Source: Promethearchaeota archaeon (GTDB taxonomy: Archaea > Asgardarchaeota > Lokiarchaeia > Sigyniarchaeales > SOKP01). Taken from it: a stretch of 64,000 nucleotides of DNA. This document shows positions 41,694 through 51,841 of the stretch, piece by piece. A program made the position numbers and the translations under genes. The notes under the pieces are model-generated. The model did not search any database. It saw nothing but the letters and a program-made list of their open reading frames with translations, and was not told the origin of the DNA. Every line of letters starts with the position of its first letter. Position 1 is the stretch's first letter. The stretch covers positions 384,001 to 448,000 of the forward strand of contig JAEOUA010000010.1 of assembly GCA_016839555.1 (NCBI GenBank), given 5' to 3'.

Positions 41694-42254
41694 CTATTCA
41701 AGTGCTTTTTCTCTTTCAGCAACCCAATGTAATCCAAATCCTCCTGCCGTTAATCCAAGTATTACTTTTGAAGACAATGTAAAAGAAAAAACTAACCACA
41801 AATAGAAGGAGAAATCAAAATATTGGATTATAGTTCTTATGTTATTAAACGGGATAATAATAAAACCATCAATTAAATATCCCTTAACTAGATATGTTTC
41901 AATTAGGTAGATATATTCCCATTGAATAAAAGCAGATACAAGAATAATTATCCCCATTATAAACATATGTTTTGAATAATTATAATCATCCAATTCTTTA
42001 TTTGATGATAGAATAATCGAAAGAAACCCAAAAATCAAGAAACAAATAATTATTATCATAAAAGAAAGCCATAATACAAATAATGTAAGATTATTTAAAT
42101 TAAATACAAAAGTAAAGAATTTCATCGACATACCATTGATATTAACTTCCATGAATGATAACAATGTTAAACTAATCATTTCTATTATAGAAAGGACTAT
42201 TAAGAATATTCCGCCGAAGATTTTTATATATTTAGACACGCTTTCTCTTTTCAT
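41694..42254 (-). CDS. Hypothetical 4-TM membrane protein
   Basis: Four hydrophobic segments. Confidence 0.55.
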   Translation of the reverse strand: MKRESVSKYIKIFGGIFLIVLSIIEMISLTLLSFMEVNINGMSMKFFTFVFNLNNLTLFVLWLSFMIIIICFLIFGFLSIILSSNKELDDYNYSKHMFIMGIIILVSAFIQWEYIYLIETYLVKGYLIDGFIIIPFNNIRTIIQYFDFSFYLWLVFSFTLSSKVILGLTAGGFGLHWVAEREKALE

Positions 42255-42422
42255 TCGAATATATCACTTTATTTTTTTTATATTTTAATTTTAATTTATG
42301 TAATATAAAAACTTTTTGTGAATTTGAAAAAGTGGAAGAATTAATTTTAAAGAAACCTAAAGAATGAGCGAGATAAGGGAATTTAGATAATTTTAATAAA
42401 TATAATCCGTTAGTAAATTAAG

Positions 42423-45278
42423 ATGAATAAAAACGAAAATAAGAATATATTACAAAAAAACGATTTTTATTCTCTTCCAATAGAGGAACTATTGGTTTAT
42501 TTTCATACAGATCCAAACACGGGATTATCAAATGTTCTAGTATCAGCCCATTTTAAGAAATATGGATTTAATGAGCTACCAATAGTGAAGAAAGGGCTGT
42601 GGAGGATATACCTTGCCCCCATCTTTAACTTTTTGATTCTTATTCTTATCATATCTGGGATTGCCCTTATTCTATTAAATTCATTTGGTGAGACCATCAT
42701 AAATTGGGTTGTTGTAATCATTAATTCATTGACCGCTATAATTCAACAATATCGAGCCCAAAAGGCCTTAGATTCCTTAAGAAAAATCTCTGCATTGACA
42801 TCAATAGTAATAAGAAATGGGAAAGAACAAGAAATCCCCTCTAAAGAAATTGTTCCCGGCGATATTGTGTTATTATCTCAAGGATCTAAAATTCCGGCAG
42901 ATGGAAGAATATTAAATTCAACGGAACTTACAATTAATGAGGCACCATTGACGGGAGAAAGTCTTCCTGTCGAAAAAAAAGAATCCATATTAGAGGCCAA
43001 AGATCTGCCGATTCAAAAACAAGAGAATATGTTATTTATGGGAACCTATGTTGATACAGGAAAAGCTAAAATATTAATAGTTAAGACGGGTGAAGACACT
43101 GAGATTGGAAAAATATCAATTTCATTAAATAAAATGGGCTCTATTGAGGAAATACCACTTACTAAAAAGCTTAACAACCTTGCTTATCTTTTCGGATTAG
43201 TAATAATAATTAATATGGCAGTTTTAATTATTTATAAATTAGCCTTGCTAAATCAAGATATTACTAAAGCTTTTACAGATTCAATTATACGCGCTTTAAA
43301 TATCTTACCTATTAATCTCCCACTTCTAGTAACACTCGTTCTTATAACAGGCGTCTTAAATATGGCGCAAAGTGGTGTTATTATTAAAAATCTTTCTGCT
43401 ATTGAATCTTTAGGAAGAATTTCCGTAATATGCTCTGATAAAACGGGAACAATTACAAGAAATGAAATGACAGTCAAAAAATTTTGGGTGAATAATAAGG
43501 AATTTGAAGTTGCGGGCTCCGGGTATGATTCTGAAGGTGAGATTTTAAAAAATGGGATAAAATACACTTTTAATTCTCACACATTTAATATGTTTATTGA
43601 TTCTATGACATTAAATAATAATGCGAAATTAATTTTCGAAGATATAAAGATTCGAACAGATCAAATAAAAACTAAAGCTATTAGAAAAGTGCTTGGATCT
43701 CCTACCGAGGGAGCATTACTTGTATTGACGGAAAAGGCGGGCTTTATAATTTATGATGTCCGAAGAAAATATCAAATCGAGAGAGAATTTCCTTTTGATT
43801 CTGCTCTAAAAAGAATGACTACCATTTGTAGATCTAATGATAAAGAGCAAAAATTATATGCATTTACAAAAGGTGCGCCTGAAATAATATTAAATTTTTC
43901 AACTCATATCGAAATAAATGGACAAAAAGAAATATTAGATAACACATTGAAAAATAATTTGAGAACTATTGTTCAAGACCAAGCGAATAAAGGATATAGA
44001 ACTTTAGCGATAGCTTATCGGGAATTATCTTCCACTCAAAATATTAATAGAGAGATTATAGAAGATAACTTAACTTTTCTAGGATTTGTGTCACTCATCG
44101 ATCCCGCTCGTGTTGGTGTCAAGGAAGCTATTAAAGAATGTAAATCAGCAAGAATAAAAGTAACAATGATAACTGGAGATCATCCTGCAACTGCAAAAAC
44201 AATATCTTCACAATTACATATTTTTAATGAGGGAGATTTAATTGTTGAGGGTAATGAAATTAAAGAATTAAATGGAAATAAGTTAGATAAAGTCTCAGTG
44301 TTTGCTAGAGTACAGCCATCAGATAAAGAGATAATTGTAAGAAAGAATCAAGAACATAATAGAGTAGTCGCTATGACTGGAGATGGGGTAAATGATTCAT
44401 TAGCTTTAAAACTTGCTAATTGTGGGATAGCAATGGGGATAACTGGAACAGATATCGCAAAAGATACTGCTGATATGGTAATTTCGGATGATAACTTTAC
44501 TTCTATAAAGGAAGGAATAGAAATTGGGAGAGGTTTATTTTCAAAAATTAGAAGTATCATTTATTTTTTCATTTGCATTGATATTATGGAGGGATTTATT
44601 TTCTTAGGACTTGAATTCTTTCCTGCGATTGCACTTTTTAGTTCAAATTGGCAGCAACTTTATATCTATGGAATCACCCATTCTTTTCTTTCACTTGCAC
44701 TCGTTATTGATACTCTTCCGAAAGATATTATGAAAGAACCTCCGAGAGATGAGGAGGAACTTTTAAATAAAAATATGTGGAAAATGGTATTACTTCAAGC
44801 TTTTCTGATTGGTGTTTCATTAGTTATTGTTTTACTATTAACTATTACCGGGATTATCCCCTTAAATAAATGGAATTTGGATCCCAATTTAAGTTATATT
44901 AACCCTTTATCTTCAATAGATTCCTTAATTGCTCAAAAAACCAGAACGATGTTCATAACAACGCTTTTTATCGCGGAAATTATTTTTATTTGGAACTTTC
45001 GACGGCCAAATAAATCAATTATTAAAAGCTTAAAAGAAGAATTTTCTATTGTGCTATTTGTAGTATGTACGTTCACGTTTTTGTTCCACTTTTTAGTTAT
45101 TATGTGTTCTCTTAATTTTAATGCCTTTATCAATGAAAAAATAGGATGGAATTTACAACTTAATTTTATGTTTCTCTCATTTTCGGATTGGTTAATTTGC
45201 TTAGGATTTGGATTAGTTGGGGTTATAGGAATAGAATTCTTTAAATTAATCTATAGAAAAAAAGGATTGTTTTTTTGA
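42423..45278 (+). CDS. P-type ATPase, P2-like, atypical TM4 (PINLP)
   Basis: LTGES, DKTGT, KGAPE, TGD and GDGVND motifs. Confidence 0.93.
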   Translation: MNKNENKNILQKNDFYSLPIEELLVYFHTDPNTGLSNVLVSAHFKKYGFNELPIVKKGLWRIYLAPIFNFLILILIISGIALILLNSFGETIINWVVVIINSLTAIIQQYRAQKALDSLRKISALTSIVIRNGKEQEIPSKEIVPGDIVLLSQGSKIPADGRILNSTELTINEAPLTGESLPVEKKESILEAKDLPIQKQENMLFMGTYVDTGKAKILIVKTGEDTEIGKISISLNKMGSIEEIPLTKKLNNLAYLFGLVIIINMAVLIIYKLALLNQDITKAFTDSIIRALNILPINLPLLVTLVLITGVLNMAQSGVIIKNLSAIESLGRISVICSDKTGTITRNEMTVKKFWVNNKEFEVAGSGYDSEGEILKNGIKYTFNSHTFNMFIDSMTLNNNAKLIFEDIKIRTDQIKTKAIRKVLGSPTEGALLVLTEKAGFIIYDVRRKYQIEREFPFDSALKRMTTICRSNDKEQKLYAFTKGAPEIILNFSTHIEINGQKEILDNTLKNNLRTIVQDQANKGYRTLAIAYRELSSTQNINREIIEDNLTFLGFVSLIDPARVGVKEAIKECKSARIKVTMITGDHPATAKTISSQLHIFNEGDLIVEGNEIKELNGNKLDKVSVFARVQPSDKEIIVRKNQEHNRVVAMTGDGVNDSLALKLANCGIAMGITGTDIAKDTADMVISDDNFTSIKEGIEIGRGLFSKIRSIIYFFICIDIMEGFIFLGLEFFPAIALFSSNWQQLYIYGITHSFLSLALVIDTLPKDIMKEPPRDEEELLNKNMWKMVLLQAFLIGVSLVIVLLLTITGIIPLNKWNLDPNLSYINPLSSIDSLIAQKTRTMFITTLFIAEIIFIWNFRRPNKSIIKSLKEEFSIVLFVVCTFTFLFHFLVIMCSLNFNAFINEKIGWNLQLNFMFLSFSDWLICLGFGLVGVIGIEFFKLIYRKKGLFF

Positions 45279-45358
45279 TTTTTCTAAAATTTTTTAAAGA
45301 TCAATTTTATTGATCATTTATATAAATATGTTTAAAACAATTTTTTTTTTAAAACATT

Positions 45359-48295
45359 ATGATTGATCATTTGATGGAAAGGGATTTTTATAAATTAAAA
45401 CTATCCGAGGTCTATGACCTCCTTCAAACGGATCCTAACACGGGGTTAAGTGAAGAGGAAGCCAAAACCAGATTAGAAAAATATGGTCCCAATGAACTTC
45501 CGAAAGTAGCTCGAGGTTTTATTAAAATCTATTTATCTCCTCTTTTCAATTGGCTTATAGTTATTTATCTTATAGGAGCTTTAATTTTATTTTTAGCCAG
45601 TCTATTTGGGTATAAAAGTAATTTTGTAATAATTGCGTCAACTTTGGGAATAGTACTTCTGAATTGTCTTGTCGCGATAATTCAACAATACAGGGCAACA
45701 AAAAAGCTGGAGGCGTTAAAAGAATTATCGGCTCCAACTACTAAAGTTATTAGAAATGGAAACAAAAGAGAAATTCCTACTGTAGAAGTAGTTATTGGTG
45801 ATTTATTAGATATAGAACAAGGAGATAAGGTCCCTGCTGATGCAAGAATAGTTTCTGAAAAGAATTTAGAAATAAATGAAGCTTCACTAACAGGTGAGAG
45901 TGAGCCTGCACGAAAGGATGCGACGATTGGTCCTTTAGATAAGGATTTGGATGTTCAGGATCGCGATAATATGGTATTTTACGGAACATATGTCACCAGA
46001 GGAAAATCTAGAGCAGTTGTGGTAAAAATTGGAGCAGCAACCGAAATTGGAAAGATTTCTGAGGGTTTAAAAGCTGCTGGTACAAGTGCAATTCCTATTA
46101 GACAAAAAATGAACTTTTTTGGAAAATGGCTGGGTATCGCTGTGTTAATCTTCTGGTTTATAACCTTAATGATTGTCTGGATTGGAAGTGGCTTTACTCG
46201 TTTTGAAATAGTAAAAAGTCTCAATTCTGCTCTTGATATACTCCCCATTAATATTCCACTTCTTACAACAATAGTTCTATTAACTGGGGTATTGGCAATG
46301 GCGCATCAAGGAGTTATAATTAGAAATCTGGCTTCTGTGGACAGTTTAGGGCGAGTAAGCGTAGTTTGTTCGGATAAAACAGGAACTTTAACCAGAAATC
46401 AGATGGTCGTTCGATATATATGGTCAAATGGTTCCAATTATGAGGTAACAGGGAAGGGCTATAAACCTGACGGGGAGATTATATTAATGGATGATCCAAA
46501 GCATCCTAAGTTTATAAGTCATATTGAAGCATATCCTCATTTAAAATTATTATTGATTTCTGGTTTTTTAAACAATAATTCTGCCTTAATCAAATCGGAG
46601 GTTGAAACTGCCGGAAAGGATGTAAAAATAGTTGAAAAATGGAAAGTAGTCGGATCACCTACAGAAGGAGCGTTAGTAGTGTTATTTCAAAAAATAATGG
46701 GTAATTATCTCTTAGAAGACTATGAATTTATTGAGGAATTTCCTTTCGATTCAGATATAAAAAGAATGACAAAAATCTATAGGAATGGAGAAAAATATTA
46801 TTCGTTTACTAAAGGTGCGAGCGAAATCTTAATCCCTCGCTCCACTCAGATTTATTACAAAGGAAGAGAAACTGTATTTACAGATGAATTAAAAGAAATG
46901 GTTGAGAATAAGATACAAGATTATGCCTCAAAGGGGTATAGAATTTTAAGTCTATGCTATAAAGATTTCTATATGATGCCCTCGGTTTCACAAGAAAATA
47001 GAGATGCATTCGAATCTGATTTAGTATATTTGGGATTTGTAACAATTTCAGATCCTCCACGAGAAGGGGTAAATGAATCAGTAGAACAATGTAAAAATGC
47101 GGGGATTGATGTGGTAATGATTACTGGAGATTCAATAATTACTGGAAGAGCAATAGGAGAGCAAATTTCCATAATCAATGATGATAATGATACAGTCGTG
47201 GAAGGAAAGGATATATCGAATATAAATTCTAATGCGGAATTTAATAAAATCAAAGTATTTGCCCGGGTATCTCCGAAACATAAAGAAGATATCGTTAAAA
47301 AATATAAGGAGCAAAAGCGTGTGGTGGCCATGACTGGAGATGGAGTTAATGATTCGTTAGCACTTAATATGGCAGATAGTGGAATAGCAATGGGCATAAC
47401 CGGTACTGATGTAGCAAAAGAAGCTTCAGATATGGTAATATCAGATGATTCTTTTAATTCTATTGCTATAGGAATCCATCAGGGAAGGGGAATCTTTTCA
47501 AAAATTAGAGCTGTTGTATTTTTTTATATTTGTATTAATTTATTCGAAGGAATTGTCCAATTTATATTAGCAATTATTTTAGATTTACCATATTTTTTAT
47601 CAGATCAATTTTATTTCCAATGGATCTTTCTTTCATTAACTCTTCATGCTCTACTAGGCTTTATTCTGACGTTCGATACAATATCCGATGATGTTATGAA
47701 AGAAAAACCACGTAATTCAGAAGAAATAATTTCGAAAAATATATTATTCCTCTTACTTAGTTTTGGATTATTTCTTACCATTTCGATGCTATTTGTCTAT
47801 TTTCTCAGCTATATTGGAATTTATCCCGTGTTTCAGAGCAATTATGAACTTGGAAGTTTAAATACTTTTTATCTCTCTACTGAAGATTATGTAGCTATGA
47901 TACCGATTCAAGATATTCTTACTTTCCAATTTCCCAAAAGTTTTTCAATGATTTTAACACGTACAAAAACATTAACGATGCTTATGGTGACTTTATATTT
48001 CTGTGAGACTTTTCTTGTTTTTCAAATTCGTCGTCCTAATAAGTCTCTGATCAAAAGTATGAAGGAGGATAGAAATAAATTAATGTTTATCATAACTGGT
48101 TTGCTCTTTATTGTATTCCTCCTTTTAATGTATACTCCAGGAGTTCAAACTACCCTGGCAGCAATTGGAGCGAATTTTATGTTCATGTTTCTCCAACCGT
48201 TAGATTGGATTGTTTGCTTTTTAATCTCGCTTATTTGTATTTTTTTCTTTGAAGTAGTCAAATATATTGCTCGTAAAAAAAGTATTGTATTTTAA
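45359..48295 (+). CDS. P-type ATPase, P2-like, atypical TM4 (PINIP); tandem paralogue
   Basis: LTGES, DKTGT, KGASE, TGD and GDGVND motifs. Confidence 0.93.
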   Translation: MIDHLMERDFYKLKLSEVYDLLQTDPNTGLSEEEAKTRLEKYGPNELPKVARGFIKIYLSPLFNWLIVIYLIGALILFLASLFGYKSNFVIIASTLGIVLLNCLVAIIQQYRATKKLEALKELSAPTTKVIRNGNKREIPTVEVVIGDLLDIEQGDKVPADARIVSEKNLEINEASLTGESEPARKDATIGPLDKDLDVQDRDNMVFYGTYVTRGKSRAVVVKIGAATEIGKISEGLKAAGTSAIPIRQKMNFFGKWLGIAVLIFWFITLMIVWIGSGFTRFEIVKSLNSALDILPINIPLLTTIVLLTGVLAMAHQGVIIRNLASVDSLGRVSVVCSDKTGTLTRNQMVVRYIWSNGSNYEVTGKGYKPDGEIILMDDPKHPKFISHIEAYPHLKLLLISGFLNNNSALIKSEVETAGKDVKIVEKWKVVGSPTEGALVVLFQKIMGNYLLEDYEFIEEFPFDSDIKRMTKIYRNGEKYYSFTKGASEILIPRSTQIYYKGRETVFTDELKEMVENKIQDYASKGYRILSLCYKDFYMMPSVSQENRDAFESDLVYLGFVTISDPPREGVNESVEQCKNAGIDVVMITGDSIITGRAIGEQISIINDDNDTVVEGKDISNINSNAEFNKIKVFARVSPKHKEDIVKKYKEQKRVVAMTGDGVNDSLALNMADSGIAMGITGTDVAKEASDMVISDDSFNSIAIGIHQGRGIFSKIRAVVFFYICINLFEGIVQFILAIILDLPYFLSDQFYFQWIFLSLTLHALLGFILTFDTISDDVMKEKPRNSEEIISKNILFLLLSFGLFLTISMLFVYFLSYIGIYPVFQSNYELGSLNTFYLSTEDYVAMIPIQDILTFQFPKSFSMILTRTKTLTMLMVTLYFCETFLVFQIRRPNKSLIKSMKEDRNKLMFIITGLLFIVFLLLMYTPGVQTTLAAIGANFMFMFLQPLDWIVCFLISLICIFFFEVVKYIARKKSIVF

Positions 48296-48417
48296 TCTAA
48301 TTTTTAGCTTTATTATTATCTTTTTCAATAAATTTCTAATTGTAATTTATTTTTTAACAATAAACTCTTATTTGAATTAATAAAATACTATAAAAATCAG
48401 TATTATTTAGAATAATT

Positions 48418-49749
48418 ATGGCAAAATATAAAGTTTCATTGGTTAAATACGAAAAGCCAGAAGAATCTATCCGAAAAGTTGTTAAATTAATAAAAGGATT
48501 AGATGATGTACCTAAAGATTCTAAAGTATTTATTAAGCCCAATGTTGTATATTGGACTAAAGATTGTGACTTTCCCAAATGGGGAATGATTACCACATCC
48601 AGAGTTGTGAATGATGTGGTAGAATTGTTGAATGAGAAGGGATTTGATGATATCACAATTGCAGAGGGAATAATAAGTCAAGATCCAGATGATAAAGAAA
48701 CTGCGGATGACGCTTTTAAAAACTTGGGGTATTATAAACTGAGAGATGAGTATGGAATAAAAGTCTTTGACGCCTTTCAAAGGCCTTATGAAAAAGTGCA
48801 ATTAACTGAAGAAGTATCCGCGCGAATGAACTCCGATATGGTTAATTCCGATTTTCTTGTTAATTTACCTGTACTTAAAACACATGCGCAATGTAAAGTT
48901 AGCTTAGGAATTAAAAATCTTAAAGGATTAATCAGTATTCCTTCTCGAAAAAAATTTCATAGCAGTGATCCAAAATTCGACCTTCATTATAATGTAGCGC
49001 AATTAGCCAATAAGATACCCCCTTGTTTGACAATCTTAGATGGTATTTATACTATTGAGAGAGGGCCCGCAATGGATGGAAAAGCCCGTAGAAGCGATAT
49101 TTTAGTTGCATCGCGAGACATTTTATCTGTGGATATTGTCGGATCAAAATTACTTGGAATTGATCCCGCAGAAGTTCCATATATAGTTCAAGCAGCAAAA
49201 GATCGGGAGCGAACTCCAAATCTCTCAGATATAGAAGTTATAGGAGAAAAAATAGAGGATTTAGCATCTCATCATGAGTGGGATTATATCTATAAGAAAG
49301 ATGATACTCTTCCATTGCCCTATGAAAGACTGGGTATTTCGGGAATTAAATATCGTAAATATGATGAGTCAATGTGCACTTTCTGCTCATTTTACAATGG
49401 TTTCCTCTTAACAGCAATTATGACTGCTTGGAGGACTAGAGATGGAGAACCTTTTGATAATATTGAAGTATTAACGGGAAAAGAAATGGAACCGAGCAAA
49501 GGAATGAATAAAACAATTCTTTTTGGGCAATGCCAATATGCGAAAAATCGAGATCATCACAATATTAATGAACTTATAGCAATAAAAGGATGTCCACCCA
49601 ATCTGGACGACATCCAGGAAGGGTTAAAGAAAGCTGGCATTAGAGTTCCCTCCTATTTCTTCAAAAATATCGATAAGGCACCATTATTATTTATGCAAAA
49701 ATATCAAGGTAAGCCGGAATTTGAAGAAAAATTTTATCAAATCTCTTAA
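48418..49749 (+). CDS. DUF362 domain protein
   Basis: IKPN, AEG, LPVLKTH...SLGIKNLKG and DIVG motifs; C-terminal CTFC, GQC and GCPP. Confidence 0.85.
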   Translation: MAKYKVSLVKYEKPEESIRKVVKLIKGLDDVPKDSKVFIKPNVVYWTKDCDFPKWGMITTSRVVNDVVELLNEKGFDDITIAEGIISQDPDDKETADDAFKNLGYYKLRDEYGIKVFDAFQRPYEKVQLTEEVSARMNSDMVNSDFLVNLPVLKTHAQCKVSLGIKNLKGLISIPSRKKFHSSDPKFDLHYNVAQLANKIPPCLTILDGIYTIERGPAMDGKARRSDILVASRDILSVDIVGSKLLGIDPAEVPYIVQAAKDRERTPNLSDIEVIGEKIEDLASHHEWDYIYKKDDTLPLPYERLGISGIKYRKYDESMCTFCSFYNGFLLTAIMTAWRTRDGEPFDNIEVLTGKEMEPSKGMNKTILFGQCQYAKNRDHHNINELIAIKGCPPNLDDIQEGLKKAGIRVPSYFFKNIDKAPLLFMQKYQGKPEFEEKFYQIS

Positions 49750-49884
49750 ATTATTGTTTTCTCATGTATTTTTTATTATATTTAAATTATATTAAGTTTA
49801 GCGAAGGTTTTTTCTTAAAGCATTTTTATCTATTTAAATTAGCTAATATTCCTTTAGTAGAAATATAAAAAAAAAGAGTTATTT

Positions 49885-51468
49885 TTAATGGGTTAAAATT
49901 ATTTCTCTTTTTCTAAATGTTAAAATAATGATTATTCCGATTATCAAAGAAGCCATAAAGATATTAGGGAGAAATCCCGGTATTTCTGTTATTGGAGGTG
50001 GAAAATAAACTAATGGAATTAAGCCTTTTGGAAAATATGCTTTAAATATTGTTTTATGATTCAATTTGCCTCCTCCACTATCACCATATTCTGGAAAGCC
50101 CTCAATAAAGAATGCAGCATTAAGATCTCCATCTATCGGGTCTAATTCCTCAAATACATATTCTAATGGAACAGGTTCATTGAAATTATGAGTTTGATTA
50201 GCAACGTAGCTTAATACTAATCGAGTGAAATTTCCAAGAATATGGAGCACTCCTACAACAGAATCTATAAAATCTGCGTCAGATGAATTAAGTGTGGCAT
50301 AGGATACATTAGTATCAGGAAATGGATTATTATTAGAACTATTATAGAGATCATATGTGGGATTTTGATCATATAAAAATTCAAAAGCGGTATTATTTTT
50401 ACTTCCAACCTCTATATCCACTTCTGTTAAACCTGTCTTGTTAGTAGTGGCGCTTAACTCCCCCTCTTTCAAATCTCTAATGCCATAGTCATCTACCGCT
50501 GCGATTATAAATGCTGCTGTTCCTAAACAGAGCATCCAATTATCTAACATATCATATTTCTCTTCTTCTTGTAATTCTGTCCAATTACCTGAGTTATCAT
50601 CATGGAACATTAGTGTATCTACACTTCCTGATTCATATTCTTGGGTGAAAGTTAGGAAACTATTTTTAGTATTAATTTCCAATTTATATTCAAATGATAT
50701 ATAAGTTTGATTTCCAATAAGATCTGAACCGCTAATATAGGAATATGGGTCTGAATAATCCCAACCCTCATCAAATATGGGATCTTTAGAATAATTAATG
50801 CTAGGCACATAAAAAATAATATCTGTGTAATTATAACCCCAAGTATAAATAATAGTATTTTCGATACCCGTTCTATTTAAAGGTATTACAGTAACTTTAG
50901 GATTGGATTTAATTCCCACATCATTTGTCATATTTGGAGAATTTGAACCGAGATAAAAGAAGGGATTTATGTCTTCTCCCTCATCATATTGCCCATTTTC
51001 ATTGCTATCATTAATACCAAACCAAGCACATTGCATAGCCGCAACTGCTATTTCTATACCGTAAATGCTGAAATGCTGCCACCAAAGATGTGCTGGTGAG
51101 GTATAGGTTACATTTTTTCCATCATCATACCCAGTTTTATTCAAAAAAGAAACCATGCCCATCTCAAAACCTCCCTCTTTGATCCAAACTAAATTCCAGG
51201 TATTATTCTCCCAAGAGGTCCAATTTTCAACGTTTTCAGAGTACCATTTTGAGTTGTTAAAAACGGTTACATTCCAATAATTCTCATCAAAAGTGTGACC
51301 ATTAAATAATTCTGCTTGAGTGGGAAAATCATCACCTTGACTGGTTACTAATTCATTTGAATTAGGAAAAAATAAATTAAATCCATTTCCGCCAACAATT
51401 ATGCCATTTAGAAATAATATACTAAAGAAAAAGATTACAAAAAACCTTGATATTTTATAGCTCTTCAT
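49885..51468 (-). CDS. Secreted acidic surface glycoprotein with C-terminal IPGF-TM-basic anchor
   Basis: Signal peptide, many NxS/T sequons, DSNENGQYD Ca-binding-like loop, EIPGF + TM + RKR. Confidence 0.65.
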   Translation of the reverse strand: MKSYKISRFFVIFFFSILFLNGIIVGGNGFNLFFPNSNELVTSQGDDFPTQAELFNGHTFDENYWNVTVFNNSKWYSENVENWTSWENNTWNLVWIKEGGFEMGMVSFLNKTGYDDGKNVTYTSPAHLWWQHFSIYGIEIAVAAMQCAWFGINDSNENGQYDEGEDINPFFYLGSNSPNMTNDVGIKSNPKVTVIPLNRTGIENTIIYTWGYNYTDIIFYVPSINYSKDPIFDEGWDYSDPYSYISGSDLIGNQTYISFEYKLEINTKNSFLTFTQEYESGSVDTLMFHDDNSGNWTELQEEEKYDMLDNWMLCLGTAAFIIAAVDDYGIRDLKEGELSATTNKTGLTEVDIEVGSKNNTAFEFLYDQNPTYDLYNSSNNNPFPDTNVSYATLNSSDADFIDSVVGVLHILGNFTRLVLSYVANQTHNFNEPVPLEYVFEELDPIDGDLNAAFFIEGFPEYGDSGGGKLNHKTIFKAYFPKGLIPLVYFPPPITEIPGFLPNIFMASLIIGIIIILTFRKREIILTH

Positions 51469-51487
51469 ATTGACCTGTTATTTGTAA

Positions 51488-51550
51488 TTAATAGAGATAT
51501 CTTAAAATTTCAATATCTCTTATATTTATCAATTAGATATCTCTTATTAA
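51488..51550. promoter_or_regulatory. Inverted/direct repeat set (ATATCTC core, three copies) upstream of the surface-protein gene
   Basis: TTAATAGAGATATCT (51488-51502) is nearly the exact inverse of AGATATCTCTTATTAA (51535-51550); third copy AATATCTCTTAT (51512-51523). Confidence 0.45.
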
Positions 51551-51841
51551 ATATTTTATCTTCTATGCAAACTTCTAAAATTTAGAAATTAAATTGATAA
51601 AAATATTTTTATTCTATAAATCAAATTTATACAAAACCAGTTTGAATTCATAGTAAATATAGAAAAAAAATAATTTCATGATAAAGTACGGGAGAGAAAA
51701 AGATAAATAGAAAACACTTATAAACAATCATTTTTATTATCTGTCTTTACTTGTTATTTATCATTATCTTAATATAGGTTAATTTTTCTGAAATTTTTAA
51801 TAAATAAATTTTAATCAATTCTTAAATTATTTGATTTTATA

